A stretch of 64,000 nucleotides of DNA from Carcharhinus longimanus (lineage: Eukaryota): positions 93,535,182 to 93,599,181 of the forward strand of contig JASCQW010000001.1 of assembly GCA_030264375.1 (NCBI GenBank). Direction: 5' to 3'. The notes under the pieces are model-generated. The model was not told the origin of the DNA, did no database searches, and saw only the letters and a program-made list of their open reading frames with translations. Positions 50,610 to 62,444 of this stretch are shown piece by piece. The first letter of the stretch is position 1. Every line of letters starts with the position of its first letter. Position numbers and translations under genes: made by a program.

Positions 50610-50935
50610 TATAAAAACAAATTAGTGCGGATGCTGGAAATCTGAAATAAAAAAAACAGAAAGTGCTGGAAATACTCAGCAGATCTGGCAGCACGTGAGG
50701 ACAGAAACAGAGTTAATGTTCAGTTGATTACTACATTCACTTCATAAGTTCTGACGAAGATGCGCATTTAATTTGAAATATTAGGTGGGATTTTACAGCC
50801 TCGCTTGAGCAAAACTGTAAATTTCCACCAGAGGTCAATGGACATTTCTGTTGTCTGCCCCTCACCCATTCCGATTCTGTGGTGGACGGGATGGGAAAAT
50901 TCCAGTGATTAACTCTTTCTGCTGCTAGACCTCTT
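50610..50935. mobile_element. Second Penelope-like palindromic element, interrupted by a MITE (~50783-50906)
   Basis: gcggatgctggaaatctgaaataaaa..cagaaagtgctggaaatactcagcagatctggcagca...ttCTGACGAaga...GAAAtatt | MITE | ttaactctttctgctgctagacc. Confidence 0.65.
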
Positions 50936-51389
50936 ATGTCATAAATACTTGTGTTGCAGAATAAAATTTGGCTTTTGTATCTTTTGGCTCTACAGCTAGT
51001 CTACCAGGAAGTACAGGCCTTTTTTACAGAGACAACATACTTTTTGATAGTATTGTTAAAGTTTGCTTTTGTAGCTCATTTGTAAAGTATTGGAGCAGCA
51101 GTGTTTTTGACGTGAAAAAGAATAGTTCCTGAACAAGGTTAATGTTAGTTAGCAACCACATGCTGTTATATAAATCAGCAGATGCAAAGCTTTGGAAATG
51201 CATTATGTGAACTGGACACACAGTGGATCATCTGCTTTCACGGGTGACAGCTATAATTTATATTAATAAACTTTAGAATGAATTTCTGTGGGGGTTCTAC
51301 CTGATCTGCTGCCATAACTCCAGTATAAGAGCAGCATAACACCTGGAAAAGCCATTCATTTCATTTCTCAAGGCCCCCAGTGAATGGTG

Positions 51390-51675
51390 GGAGATCAAGA
51401 ATCTCATTGAAAGCTTCTCCTGGGTGTCTGGAGCAATGTACACATGCAGAATATATGTTTGCAGTGAGCATCAAACATTGTCTTGGCCAATATTCATCCC
51501 TTAACCAACATCACTATAAAAAACAGCTTGAATGGCCATTATTTAATTGTTGTTTGTCGAACTTCATTGTGCGCAAGCCAGCTATCATGTTGCTAACATT
51601 ACAACATCTATCACAATATTCAATTGACTGTGAAGCAAATAAAAGGCACTACAGAATTGAAAGTCTTTCTTTCTA
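51390..51675 (+). mobile_element. DeuSINE-like fragment
   Basis: tgtcttggccaatattcatcccttaaccaacatcactataaaaaacag...ttgtttgt...tgtgcgcaag. Confidence 0.65.
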
Positions 51676-52424
51676 GCTGGTTGGAGTGTCTGCGGACCAA
51701 TCAATGAGAAAAATTGCAAACCTGCTTTCAGTTGCAAAAGAGTTATTTGCCCTTGCTATTTATAAATAATGATTGTCACATAATTCATACATTATTCAGA
51801 AAATCACAAATAACCAAATTGTCAACTCTCCCTCCTGGGCAAAAGCAATAGTTTTGATTATGCAGACAATCATAGTAGCACTGCCAAATCCACATATGCT
51901 CTTGATAGCACTGTCAGTCCCACTACCACAAATACCAACAGGAACCACCCATGCCTCTTCTGAAAACCTTTTTAACCCAACTCATCCGGTATCACTATCA
52001 CTTCCAGGTCACAATATTATGGGTTCATGTATCAATTCAGGACACGTAGTCAAGGCTGACATTACAGCACAGTGCTGAGGTGCAATTGGCTTCTGGGATA
52101 ATGTCAAGAGCTCATGACAATCTGTTCCAGTTGTTTAGATAAGTGCCCACCAATCCCTGAAAAATATTTTCTTAAACTGTCATCACAAAAATTGAGCCAA
52201 TAGGTCCATCATTCTATTGCTGTTTGTTGGACATACTGTCCGCTGTGTTTGCCTTTGCCTCCAAGGTTCACAATAAGGTGTTAGACAAAGCTTCATTTTT
52301 TGCCTCCCTCCCTAATTGTTGCTGTGAATCGCACCCACTTCATATCTTCCCATTCACTCCCTCCCACAATTTCCTGCTGATGCCTATCCTGCCCTTACCC
52401 TCTTTCAGTTCCAACCCCAAAATT

Positions 52425-52695
52425 CCTGAGATGCACTGCCGAGTAAGGTGGTGGAAGCAGGCACGCTAGGGTTTAAGAGTCACTTAGACAGCCACATGAG
52501 CGGTCTACATATAGGGGGATATAGCAGGCCTTACTAAACATTGTNNNNNNNNNNNNNNNNNNNNNNNNNNNNNNNNNNNNNNNNNNNNNNNNNNNNNNNN
52601 NNNNNNNNNNNNNNNNNNNNNNNNNNNNNNNNNNNNNNNNNNNNTGGGCCGAAGGGCCTGTTTCCCGTGCTGTGTTGTTCTTTGTTCTTTGTATT
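52425..52695 (+). mobile_element. CR1 3' end (with gap)
   Basis: atgcactgcc..ggtggtggaagcagg...tttaagagtcacttagacag...tgggccgaagggcctgtttcccgtgctgtgttgttctttgttcttt. Confidence 0.8.
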
Positions 52696-54159
52696 CCATT
52701 CCCAATAAGAAACAAATTCAGAAAACAACAGAGACACAAAAGAGCAACAGAGGAAGATATGCAAAGAGATAGAAGCAGTGAAGCCATCTCCGTCCAGAAA
52801 GCACAAAGCTCTCTATAAGACATATCAATAGAATCAATCCAATTTAACCCTCACACTGGCTAGCAGTTTGCTCTTGAGTGGTGTCATTCCGTCCCGTTGC
52901 ATTAATAGATAAATAAATGATTTCAGAGCCAACTATAGGACCCCATGTGAATTAAAGCAGCGAATCCAGTTCAGTAAATGAGATAAATACAGAACACTAC
53001 ACTTACATCATGTCTGAAACTTGCACAATATCTTGAGAGGTCTAGATTTTTAATATAGATTCAAGAAAGGAGTGCGGTGAAATTATACCATTGCTCTATA
53101 CAATTTTACAATGTAACTCAGAATGTTAGCCTTTGAATTGTGAGTATAACAAGGGGTGGAATCTAGTGAAGTTCCTGGGAGCGGGAAACAAGGCAGACAA
53201 GAGCAGTTAATTGTGAAATGACAACTGCCTGATTGTGCATTGAAAGTCAAGAAGTAAGATGCAGGTAGATTAAAGACAAATTGTGGTCCCTGATAGCAAG
53301 AGGCAGAAACCAATTTTTAATCCATTAGCATGCCACGCATACTTATTAAAACTCATGGTCAGCAGATTAAATTGTGCCTTTGTGATTAAGTTGGCATCAA
53401 AAGAGGAACAAGTGTTTTCTATTCAAAACTGCTTAAAGATAGCGTGCAACAAGCCAAAGTAGTCTTCTTGGTGGATCTGGAGTGTGTAACAGCTACTTCA
53501 TAGTCTGGGGCACTGTGTTGGACCAGAGGAAAGGAGATTGAGTTTGCATTGAGCTCCAGTAGCATGGCAGCCCTAAGAATAGTCATGGGGGACAGTGGGA
53601 GGGTGCTAGATGAAGCCAACAGTGGCTTCAGGAGATCAAGGGTGACTGAGGGTAGATCAATCGTGAAGCTGGGAAAGTTGAGTGTACCCAGGATAGGTCT
53701 AAGGTTATAGAGGGATGGTCAAGGATGACAATTGATAGGACAAAAGGAGGGGGCAGACTCAGAGCATTGGGGAGCAAAAGTGATGGTGGGCAGCTTAAGG
53801 ATCTCAGAAGGCAAGCTTATGGTGAGGGATGGTCAAAGATGATGGCTTGCAGCTCCAGGGGTCCAAATATGGCAGTGGGGAGAGGTGGCAGCAGTCCAAT
53901 TTCAAAATCCGCCTCTCAGATAGGCGTCCCCACATCCCTCCAATCATTTGCTGAGCCTTTCAACTGTGCAGAGCAAATTGGCTGACTGCCGCATGATAGG
54001 TACATAGCCAGCCATTTCATCTCTGAGCTGAAGTCCCACACACTTATAGTTCTACCGTTGAGAAACTCCCTGCTGCAACAAGGTTTCACGTGTATCTTTC
54101 ATATCAGGTAAAATTTCAAAGTGTGAAATATTGTATAGATCTGTACTTTTCTCTTCATA

Positions 54160-54380
54160 AATTGCATTAATATATAGCACATGACACATAGTAAAACTTT
54201 CCAAGGTGCTTTACAGGAATAGCAGACCAAAGAAAATTGATATTAAGCTAGGGGATATTACAGCATGTAACCAAAGCTTGGTCACAGGTTTTAAGGAGTA
54301 TCTTAAAAGGAGAGGAAAGCAGGGAGACTGAGGAAGGAAATTCCAGAGCATAGGGCTTGGGCAGCTGAAGGCCACCACGT
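54160..54380 (-). mobile_element. L2-type LINE 3' end
   Basis: ORF 54248..54448 ends SPFKILLKTCDQA, like the L2 terminus FKxxLKTYLFxxAF; tail GTAAAGCACCTTGG...GTGCTATATATTAATGCAA. Confidence 0.65.
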
Positions 54381-54577
54381 TTAGTACTCCTTAAATATAA
54401 ATGAGGGCCGATTTTCTGAAATTGGCACTTTCTGCATGTGATATCCACGTGACTGAAAGTTTCACGACCAAACAGCTACTCAAATAGTTCATTACAAAAA
54501 AAAGTTTGAAGTGTCTCCAAACAATGAAACAGGGAAAAATATATATTAAGAAGTTAAAACAAAAATGTCACAATTAT

Positions 54578-54737
54578 AGTAGAGTATCCCTAAAGTACAG
54601 AAGGGGGGCATTCAGCACCTCCAGACTGTATCGACCACAATCCCACCCAGCCCTATTCTCATAACCCTACAGATTTACCCCGCTAATCCCCCTGACATTA
54701 GGATGGCCAATCAGCCTAACCTGCATACCTTTGGACT
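54578..54737 (-). mobile_element. HE1-like SINE 3' half
   Basis: cacaatcccacccagccctatt...gctaatccccctgaca..tggccaatcagcctaacctgcatacctttggact. Confidence 0.75.
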
Positions 54738-55054
54738 CATGATGTGGGTATGCCGGCGTTGGACTGGCGTAAACACAGTAAAAAGTCTGACAACACCAGG
54801 TTTTAGTCCAANNNNNNNNNNNNNNNNNNNNNNNNNNNNNNNNNNNNNNNNNNNNNNNNNNNNNNNNNNNNNNNNNNNNNNNNNNNNNNNNNNNNNNNNN
54901 NNNNNNNNNNNAAATGCATATATGAATGCATGCAGGCATACAAGAACATAGGCACAAATACATACACATACATAAATTAACATACATACACGGATGCAAG
55001 TATAAATGCATTATTACAAGTACATGCACAAACACAGAAATACATATACAAACC

Positions 55055-55155
55055 AGCTCTGAAGAAGAATCATACAGACTCAAAACGTTAGCCTTGTTTC
55101 TCTCTCCACAGATGTTGCCAGACCCTCAAAGTTGCATCAGCATTTTCTGTTTTTA
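55055..55155 (+). mobile_element. Penelope-like arm (family of 50610)
   Basis: CTGAAGAagaatcatacagactcAAAACGTTagcc.tgtttctctctccacagatgttgccagacc...cagcattttctgtttttat. Confidence 0.6.
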
Positions 55156-55159
55156 TAGA

Positions 55160-55400
55160 CCGTCTAGTTCAATAATGTGCTTTAAGGAAGGAAATCTGCC
55201 ATCCTTACAAGGTCTGGCCAGTATGCAGCTCCAGATCCACAGCAATGTGATTGGGTTTAACTGCCTTCTGAAATGACCCAGCACACCACACATTTATCTT
55301 CAAGAAGGAAATTTGTTGCCATCTTCTCAGGGCATGTAGGGATGGGCAATAGATGCCGGTCTTGCCAGTGACCTTCCATCCTGTGAATGAATATAAAAAT
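55160..55400 (+). mobile_element. 3' part of the 18810-type SINE
   Basis: tttaaggaaggaaatctgccatccttacaaggtctggcc...gggatgggcaatagatgccggtcttgccagtgac..catcctgtgaatgaatataaaa. Confidence 0.75.
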
Positions 55401-56539
55401 ACATTTAGATGCACCCAGGAACTCATAATCAAGTACATCTGCACAAACATAAACATGGAATACATGTGTATTCAAAACATCAACAAGCAAAAACACAAGA
55501 TATATATGTATAATCTGAATGATTATGATAACTAGTTTCTATCTTTTATGGAAAATGGAATGAATTGCAGATCTTCAAAACAATATCAAAAATCTGAAAT
55601 TTGAAGTAATAGAAACAGAAATAAATTTATGTAATCTTTATAAATAATCTTAATGATTAATGGACAGATTTGTGTAAAGTGGTTCCCGAAACATAGGTAA
55701 AAATGCCAGAATCCCTGGTTAGAAAAAAAACAGAATTTGACATAGTCACTTTAAATAAATGCCTCCGAGACTATCAAAGCAAAAATGGGAAAGAGATAGT
55801 CAATCAATTACAGGCCATACTCTCTTCTAATTTAGATGCTGTGAGTAGACGTTTCACAGCCTTAATTAGAGTAAATGTTGGGTCAATATACAAAAAAAAA
55901 CCTGTTAAAAATCAAGATCATATATTGACTATCTCAATTCACTCTACAGAGAAAGAATAAAAGGAAGAAAGGAAATGCCACGACAGACTGGGGCCTTGAA
56001 ATTTCACTCTATGAAGATTAGCATCTGGGTGCTTAATGCACTTTATATGCAATTCCTTTGTCAGCTGTTTTAACAGGCATTAACCCAATGGGAATAAATA
56101 CAAATCAGACTGAGAGGAACACAGAAAACATACACAAAATTAGTCCAGTGGGACATAATTCTGTAGACCTTTTCAATTCCACACTCATAACTGTTTGAAA
56201 TTATAGTGATATCCATGGCTAGTATCTTTGTGTTTTATTGGCATTAATTTACATAGGAAACACACTCAGTGAGACATAGTTGCTGATAATAACACTGATA
56301 ATATTGCAGCATCTTGAGTCACGAGAAGTCAGAAATGTCATGATAATTTTATTTGTATGATTTTATCGAAATTAACTTGTCATTAATATACAATATTAAG
56401 TATCAAAATAAGGAACAGTGAAATAAGGAATAGTAAAATATTGAAACATGTGGCAGCAAGTATATAATCCTTTGCTTCAGGCTTGCAGGTTCTATTTTTC
56501 CAAAGGCACCTAATGGCGTATTTTTCAATGTATCCAGTC

Positions 56540-56967
56540 AGCAGCTTATTGACAGCATCCTTATCCCTGAGTCAAAAAGCTTTCAGTTCAAGTCCCTGTC
56601 CAAAGACTTGAGCACAGGATGACACCTCAGTGCAGTACTTGAGGGCATGGTACACTGTTGGGGATGTCGTCTTTCAGAGAAGATTTTAAACGGAGATTCC
56701 ATCTGCCCTCTAAGGTAGGTGTAAATGATCCTTTGAGTTAATTTGAAGAACAACAAGGGCCCAATGTTCTGCGTAATATTTATCCCTCTATCAACATCAC
56801 CTGGAACAGATTACAGATCATTATCATATTTGTGGGAGCTTGCTACATGGAAATTGGCTGCAGGGATTCCTATATTCCAACAACAGTTGCACTTCAAAAG
56901 TATTTTCTTGATTATAAAACACTTTAGGATATACTGAGGTCATAAAAGATGCTATACAAATGCAAGG
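56540..56967 (+). mobile_element. DeuSINE-like (SacSINE1-type) element, near full length
   Basis: tRNA-like head (gttcaagtccc), Deu core cagtgcagtacttgagggc...gtctttcagagaagattttaaacggag, L2-type tail gatgctatacaaatgcaag. Confidence 0.8.
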
Positions 56968-57227
56968 AAAACGTTTGGAAAACTTGCAAAATATGACCCA
57001 AATGAATGGGGATTTTATCTCCCTCCTCACACCCATCCTGCTGCCCTGATGAACTGTGCAATAAAAGTGACCTGGTACCTTCTTAACAATGTCATGGTCC
57101 TTACTTACATGATGAGATTGGGGTCATCATGTTCTCATTTTTAATTTCAACTCTGATTCAGGCTTCAGCAAGTAATCCACTGGGTTTGCCTGCTAGACTG
57201 AAGGAAATCAGAAGAGAAACAAGACTT

Positions 57228-57356
57228 GGGGCAGGATTTTCTGGCCATGCTCGCTCTAAGAACCACAAAATACCGCCAGAGGCCAATGGACCTTTGTATG
57301 GTCCGTTCCCCACCTGCTATGATTCCCGTGATGGGTGAAATGGGAAAATTCCCCCC
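57228..57356. mobile_element. ~125-bp MITE
   Basis: TIR-like ends ggggcaggattttc / gaaaattccccc; similar to 2796, 22673 and 50783. Confidence 0.7.
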
Positions 57357-57361
57357 ATGGA

Positions 57362-57690
57362 AATCATATAATCATAGAATCCCTATAGTACAGAAGGAAG
57401 TCATTTGGCCCATTGAGTCTGCACCGACCACAATCCCACCTAAACCTTATTCCCGTAACCCCACATATTTACACTGCTAATCCCCTGACACTATGGGACA
57501 ATTTAGCATGGCCAATCAACCAAAGCCACACATCTTTGGACTGTGGGAGGAATCCAGAGCACCCAAAACAAACCCAAGCAGACACAGGGAGAATGTGCAA
57601 ACTCCACAGAGACAGTGACCCAAGGCTGGAATTGAACCCAGGTCCCTGGCACTGTAAGGCAGCAGTGTTAACCACTGTACCACCATGCAC
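57362..57690 (-). mobile_element. HE1-like V-SINE, full length
   Basis: Head GCATGGTGGTACAGTGGTTAACACTGCTGCC..GGTTCAATTCC, V domain, CR1-type tail. Confidence 0.9.
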
Positions 57691-57938
57691 TTATTGACAC
57701 ATTTTGTTAGAGTGATCCTCTTCAAATCATAGAACATTGCAACACCCAAGATACTGGAAGCACCCAGGAACAAAACAAAGGGACAAGTTACAGCAAAACA
57801 AACTCTCAATCCCACAAGATTATAAAATGAGAAATATGCTCTGTTCCTTTTTTTGGTTCGATTACACTAATGACCAGATTTGAATTCTTAGTTTACTGGG
57901 AAGTTGTCTTGTGAGGTTCAGACACTGACAATACTTAC

Positions 57939-58010
57939 AGTCTTTCCAGCTCCTTCAAATCCTGAAAGGCTCCCCTCTCAATGGTGGTTATTTGGTTTTC
58001 CATGAGCTGT
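57939..58010 (-). CDS. SLIT2: SLIT2 exon 3 (one LRR, 72 nt)
   Basis: cttcacag|A CAG CTC ATG ... GAA AGA CT|gtaagt translates (L)[23 protein letters not shown](L); this is the tail of ORF 57935..58210. Confidence 0.96.
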
Positions 58011-59211
58011 CTGTGAAGCAGATGACAGAAAATGAAGCCATGGCATCTTAATGCAGTGAGTAAGCAGGCAACCATTAACAACTCCAATGATTGAATTTCA
58101 AACATCAACAGCAGATCATTGGCTGGCTTATCTTTATTCAAGCATTTCATACTGGAGTTTGAGATTTCACATCCAATTTGCTTTGCCTGACACTGACACC
58201 TGAAATCCAACAGCTACATGTATAGCACAGAAATGAAGTAGGGATGGGGGAGGTGGGTGTGGTAGAGAGGACATTTCACCATTCAAATATTTAAAACACC
58301 ATTCATGAAAACGTGCTTTAGAGTTTAGTTTCTAGGCCTATAGCAAAGCAAAAGAGATGTGAAAAAACAATTTATCAATAACAGAGCAGCACCTTGTCAG
58401 AACCAAAAAACAGCAGCAGGCTGAGCAACGTTTCTTTTAAGTGTCCACACCGTTACAGAATGACAAATCAACCAACAGTTAAGAATATAAATTGTGAGTA
58501 TTGCTTTCTCTAATAATGTTTTTAATATATTTCACTTGGGGAACTTTATAAAGTATTTGTAAGAAGAAACATGAATATTCAAGTATAGAATTACTTGTTA
58601 AGAATGAGTAATATTGTGCTTACGTTTTCTGCAAGAATCCTGTTGCAATCTTTGAGATTTTTCACATGCCAAGTGCTTGACACTAGCTGTGCCTCTGTGG
58701 CTACTCAAAGAGTGACATTTGGTTGTGCCAGTTTTCAAAGACTGGCGAATACTATTATCCATTCACAATCAGCAAGTGAAACAAAATTGTTAAATACAGG
58801 CTCAGTAGAGTTTGCCAAGTGTACTGTCACACTGTGTTATTAAACGTCAAAATAGCAAGCAGCTTGAAGCACTGGATAGGCGCTGGATAAAGTATCCCAT
58901 GGCATCATTACAGTTATACCCAGCGCCTCAGTTTCCAACTGCTAAAATGAATCACATTTTCCTGCAGGAAATAGAATGCCAATAATCAAGTGGGAAAGCA
59001 GCATTAAGAGTGTTATAGTCTAGATCTGTGATGTATAGTCACTGCTAACTCTGCCTTGTGCTAATTCATACAACACCTCATTCCTGCATTTCATTCACAA
59101 AGGGTAACATGAGATATCAAACTGCACCTTTTTTTAAATGACAAGCTGAAGATTTGGAAGCAAATAGCTGCAGAAATGGATAGATGGCGCGACAAAAATA
59201 TTTAGACTTAC

Positions 59212-59283
59212 AGAACTCGCATGTGTCTCAATCCTGAAAAAGCTGATTTGGTGATTCTTGTGATGTTGTTCCCATTCAAATCC
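59212..59283 (-). CDS. SLIT2: SLIT2 exon 2 (one LRR, 72 nt)
   Basis: tttcctttcag|G GAT TTG AAT GGG AAC AAC ... CGA GTT CT|gtaagt translates (L)[23 protein letters not shown](L). Not shown in the ORF track in this frame; read manually. Confidence 0.96.
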
Positions 59284-61093
59284 CTGAAAGGAAACAATGT
59301 TAAAAGTATTTGACAGTGCAACAAGGAGGGAATGGGACAGGCTCACCATAATTTCCTGAAGCATGCCCAAGTGGTCAAATCTACACTCAGCTACTGATAT
59401 CTCACTCAGTAATAATTTTAAATCCATTTGGAATCTTTATAAGCAAAGGGTGCCCCCCCCCCCACCCCCCACCAAGCTGAGGAGGGGATGAATGTGTGGG
59501 AATTAAATACCCCTCCCCGTAATTCATGTCCTACTGCTTCTATGAGTACATTAAAAAAATGAGTCAATAAATTATTAACGACCACAGGAAAATTGAACAC
59601 GGCTGAAGAAGTATTAATCCTTCTCTCAACAATACGAAGAAAAGCTGCGTTTATGCCCTTAGCACGGCTGTAAGCAAGCTCCTTCACAGTGGGATCAACA
59701 ATTGTCTCAGCAATTGGGGGCCAGGGAGAAAGGGTGAGATTAGGGACAGAGGCCGGAGAAAATAGTTTCTGAGGAAGGTGGGGATCTGTGGACCTGATTC
59801 TGAATCTTCAAGAAGCAGGTAAAAGATCTAAACTGTTACCGTTCTCCACCATACATGTTGCCGCTTGTTGAAGTTCGTGCATTTCTGAGAAACCAGAAGA
59901 AATATCAAAACTTTTGTCTTGGGAATTTTTCGTACCATTACTTGTGTTTTTTAAGTGAAGGGTATGGCACACCGAATGCAGAAAACTCCACTGGCGTGCA
60001 CATTTCAAAAATAAATAAGTATTAATGGAAAAATGTGCGCCTCTCCATGCTGCGTGCAAATGTAGACTTTGACAGCACTGTGAGCTCTTGAAATCTAATC
60101 CCATCAAGCATCTGAGACCACTTATACACTCGCCAAGTAAGCTCAATGAGGGCACAATCCTTTCAAACCCACTCCAAGCTTTCATGCACTTGCACAGAAC
60201 GAACCGCTAAAAAAAACTGCCCTGTTCCAGTTTATATTCAAAGCGAAATCCCCTCAGCAATGGGGGGAGCTGCTGTAACAAGGAACAAGCGCCTTGAGCT
60301 TCCTTCTGGAACCCCTACAAGATCTTTCATTGTGTGAACAGTTGTGAAATCTGCCCTGATCTCGCACTTAAAAAAATAGCCTAGAACATGTTTGAATGTC
60401 CAAGAAATAATCTTAGGGTCCCCTAAGGAAGTGTATTTTGGTTGACCACTGGGTAGCAATGCATGTCCTCCCAGAGTTTAGCAATTGAAATTATACCGCA
60501 AAGGGTGAACACCCTTCAGCCGAATGTGCGTAATAAGGCGAAATGATCAGAAGCTTCCCCGCTGAATGTGTTATTCTGCAGAGCCTGACAGTCAGCAAGT
60601 CATGTGTGTGCATTCAAAGTGATTCTGGCATTGCATCTGACTCCCGTTCTTACACTTCACCTAGCTGTTTGAGACTGGCTCAGACCTGTGCATTATCATC
60701 CCCGCTCTCTACTACAACCAGCTCCCCCTCTCCTCCCAAGTGGCTGGCTCTCTCGCAGCCCCCCCCCCTCCTCCTTCAAACCTGTCAGCTCTGCAGTGAC
60801 AGCATTTCAAATACCCGCAAAGATCAGGGTTTTGTTTTAAAAGACAAGGTGCGGCAGGCAGGTTTTGGAACCTGCCGGCTTTGAAGGAGCAATGCGGATC
60901 CCGGCATGAGCCCCAGTAGTGAGTTCCCCACACGGTGAAATGTGCCAGAGTTCCTGCATCACACTCTGGGAATGAGCAAGAAACAATTCACCGGAGTCTG
61001 CAGAGCTTTCCATTCAAACGGGGAATCCGCAGAATGTCGTGTGCCAGTTCTGTTTAAATCTATCCGGGAGGTGAGGAATGGGTTTGTACTCAC

Positions 61094-61278
61094 AGCCTCT
61101 CGGTGTTCCTGGGGATGCTTTTGGGGACTGAGCGCAGCCCCAGTCCGTGACAATCCACCGCCGTCCCAGCACAGCTACAGTGATTCGGGCAAACTTGGCC
61201 AACAACTTCTCTCCAAGTATTCGTCCCGATTACCAGGAGAAAGCAGCAGAAACCCCTCCACAATCCAAACGCGCTCAT
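61094..61278 (-). CDS. SLIT2: SLIT2 coding exon 1 (signal peptide + LRR N-terminal cap)
   Basis: ATG at 61278 (context GCAGCGATGA) reads [61 protein letters not shown](L). This matches the Slit LRRNT [33 protein letters not shown]. The exon ends CT|GTGAGT (phase-2 donor); 185 coding nt. Confidence 0.96.
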
Positions 61279-62199
61279 CGCTGCTTTTGTGTGTGTGTGT
61301 GTGCGAGGAAGGGGGGGGGGGGTGTAAACTTTCGTTTCTTTTTTAACCGAAAGGTGAATAAATGCTGCTTTCAAATCGGATCTCCCAACTTTATTTTCTC
61401 TGTCCCAGTGCCAGGGTGTGTGTGCAGAGATTTTTCGAAGCAAGCAGCGATCGCTCCAGTCCCTGCGAACTCATTCACACACACACACACACACCAGCTC
61501 CCAGACAATAACACGTATCGCAGCGCCTTCTTTATCGCCACCAGAAGAGGCTCCGGATTCGCAACAAAAATGCGACCAAACCAAATGAATTATCTTGTCA
61601 GCGGATCGCTTCGGATCGTTCGAGCACGGCAGCCCAGATGATTCAACAGAACAGCGCCGCATACAACGCCAGATATCGATTCCCTTTCAAGCATCCATCA
61701 GGCTGTCATTATTGACAGTCATGAGAATCACTGAGGATGTGGGGAGGTGGGGGGAAAGAGATCAGACACGTCCCGATTCAAACACACCAGGGGCAAAAAA
61801 GACTATTAAATGGGCGTGTAATTGCTTAAAGTCTGAACAACCTTTTGTTCTTTTAAGTCCAGATTCCAAGTAATCAAACAAGGAGTTCTTTTTCTCCCCC
61901 TTCTCTGTCCGTCCAGGACTGATCTTTTTTTTCAAAATCTTCGATTTGCCCCAAAGACCAGAAGGTAGGTGGGCAGTGAGACAAATGTTTGCATTCTTGT
62001 ATTTCCAGCACCTCTCTGGAGTTGCATCAGTCGCGATGGTTGCTTTGGTTTTTTTTTAGGAGGGGGTGCTAAAAAAGAGAGGATTGGAAGTAGCCAGGAG
62101 CCCGGTGTGGTTGTGTGTCCCTCTCACATGCTGCTGCTGCTTGCTGCTGCTGCTCTTAACACTGGAAGCTCTCCTCCCTCCGCCAGCCTTCCACACTCT

Positions 62200-62444
62200 C
62201 ACTCACGTTGCAACAATCCAGCGCGTTGGGGGCACACGCTAATGTAGCCAGGCCCTAAGCCCCGCCCCTTCCCCGCCCCCTCACCCCGCCCGCCTGCTCC
62301 CTTCTGCCTGCCCACTCCTCCTCTGTCCATTTGCTCCACCTCTGTACACGGCTCCCCCCCACCCCCCGTCCACCTCCCTGCCCGTTTCCCCACCCACCTC
62401 TGTCCCCCCAGCCTCTACCCACCCCTGCCCACCCTCATGCCCAC
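62200..62444 (-). promoter_or_regulatory. Probable SLIT2 core promoter with Sp/KLF GC boxes
   Basis: Three GGGCGGGG boxes on the minus strand (62259-62268, 62271-62280, 62284-62291) in a G-rich tract upstream of a CpG-enriched region (about 61.0-61.7 kb). The TSS position is inferred, not seen. Confidence 0.6.

Larger units (their letters stand above)
37502..57938 (-). other. SLIT2: SLIT2 intron 3 (~20.4 kb)
   Basis: GT..AG bounded by exons 3 and 4, which join in frame. Confidence 0.9.

Noticed and set aside
54912-55055. CA/TA-rich stretch giving Cys/Met/Val-rich ORFs
   Set aside because: Degenerate (CATA/CA)n microsatellite next to a gap.
61279-61443. In-frame TTG-initiated N-terminal extension of SLIT2 (ORF 61090..61443)
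   Set aside because: It crosses microsatellite and poly-C sequence and would bury the signal peptide. The ATG at 61278 matches the position of other SLIT2 starts.
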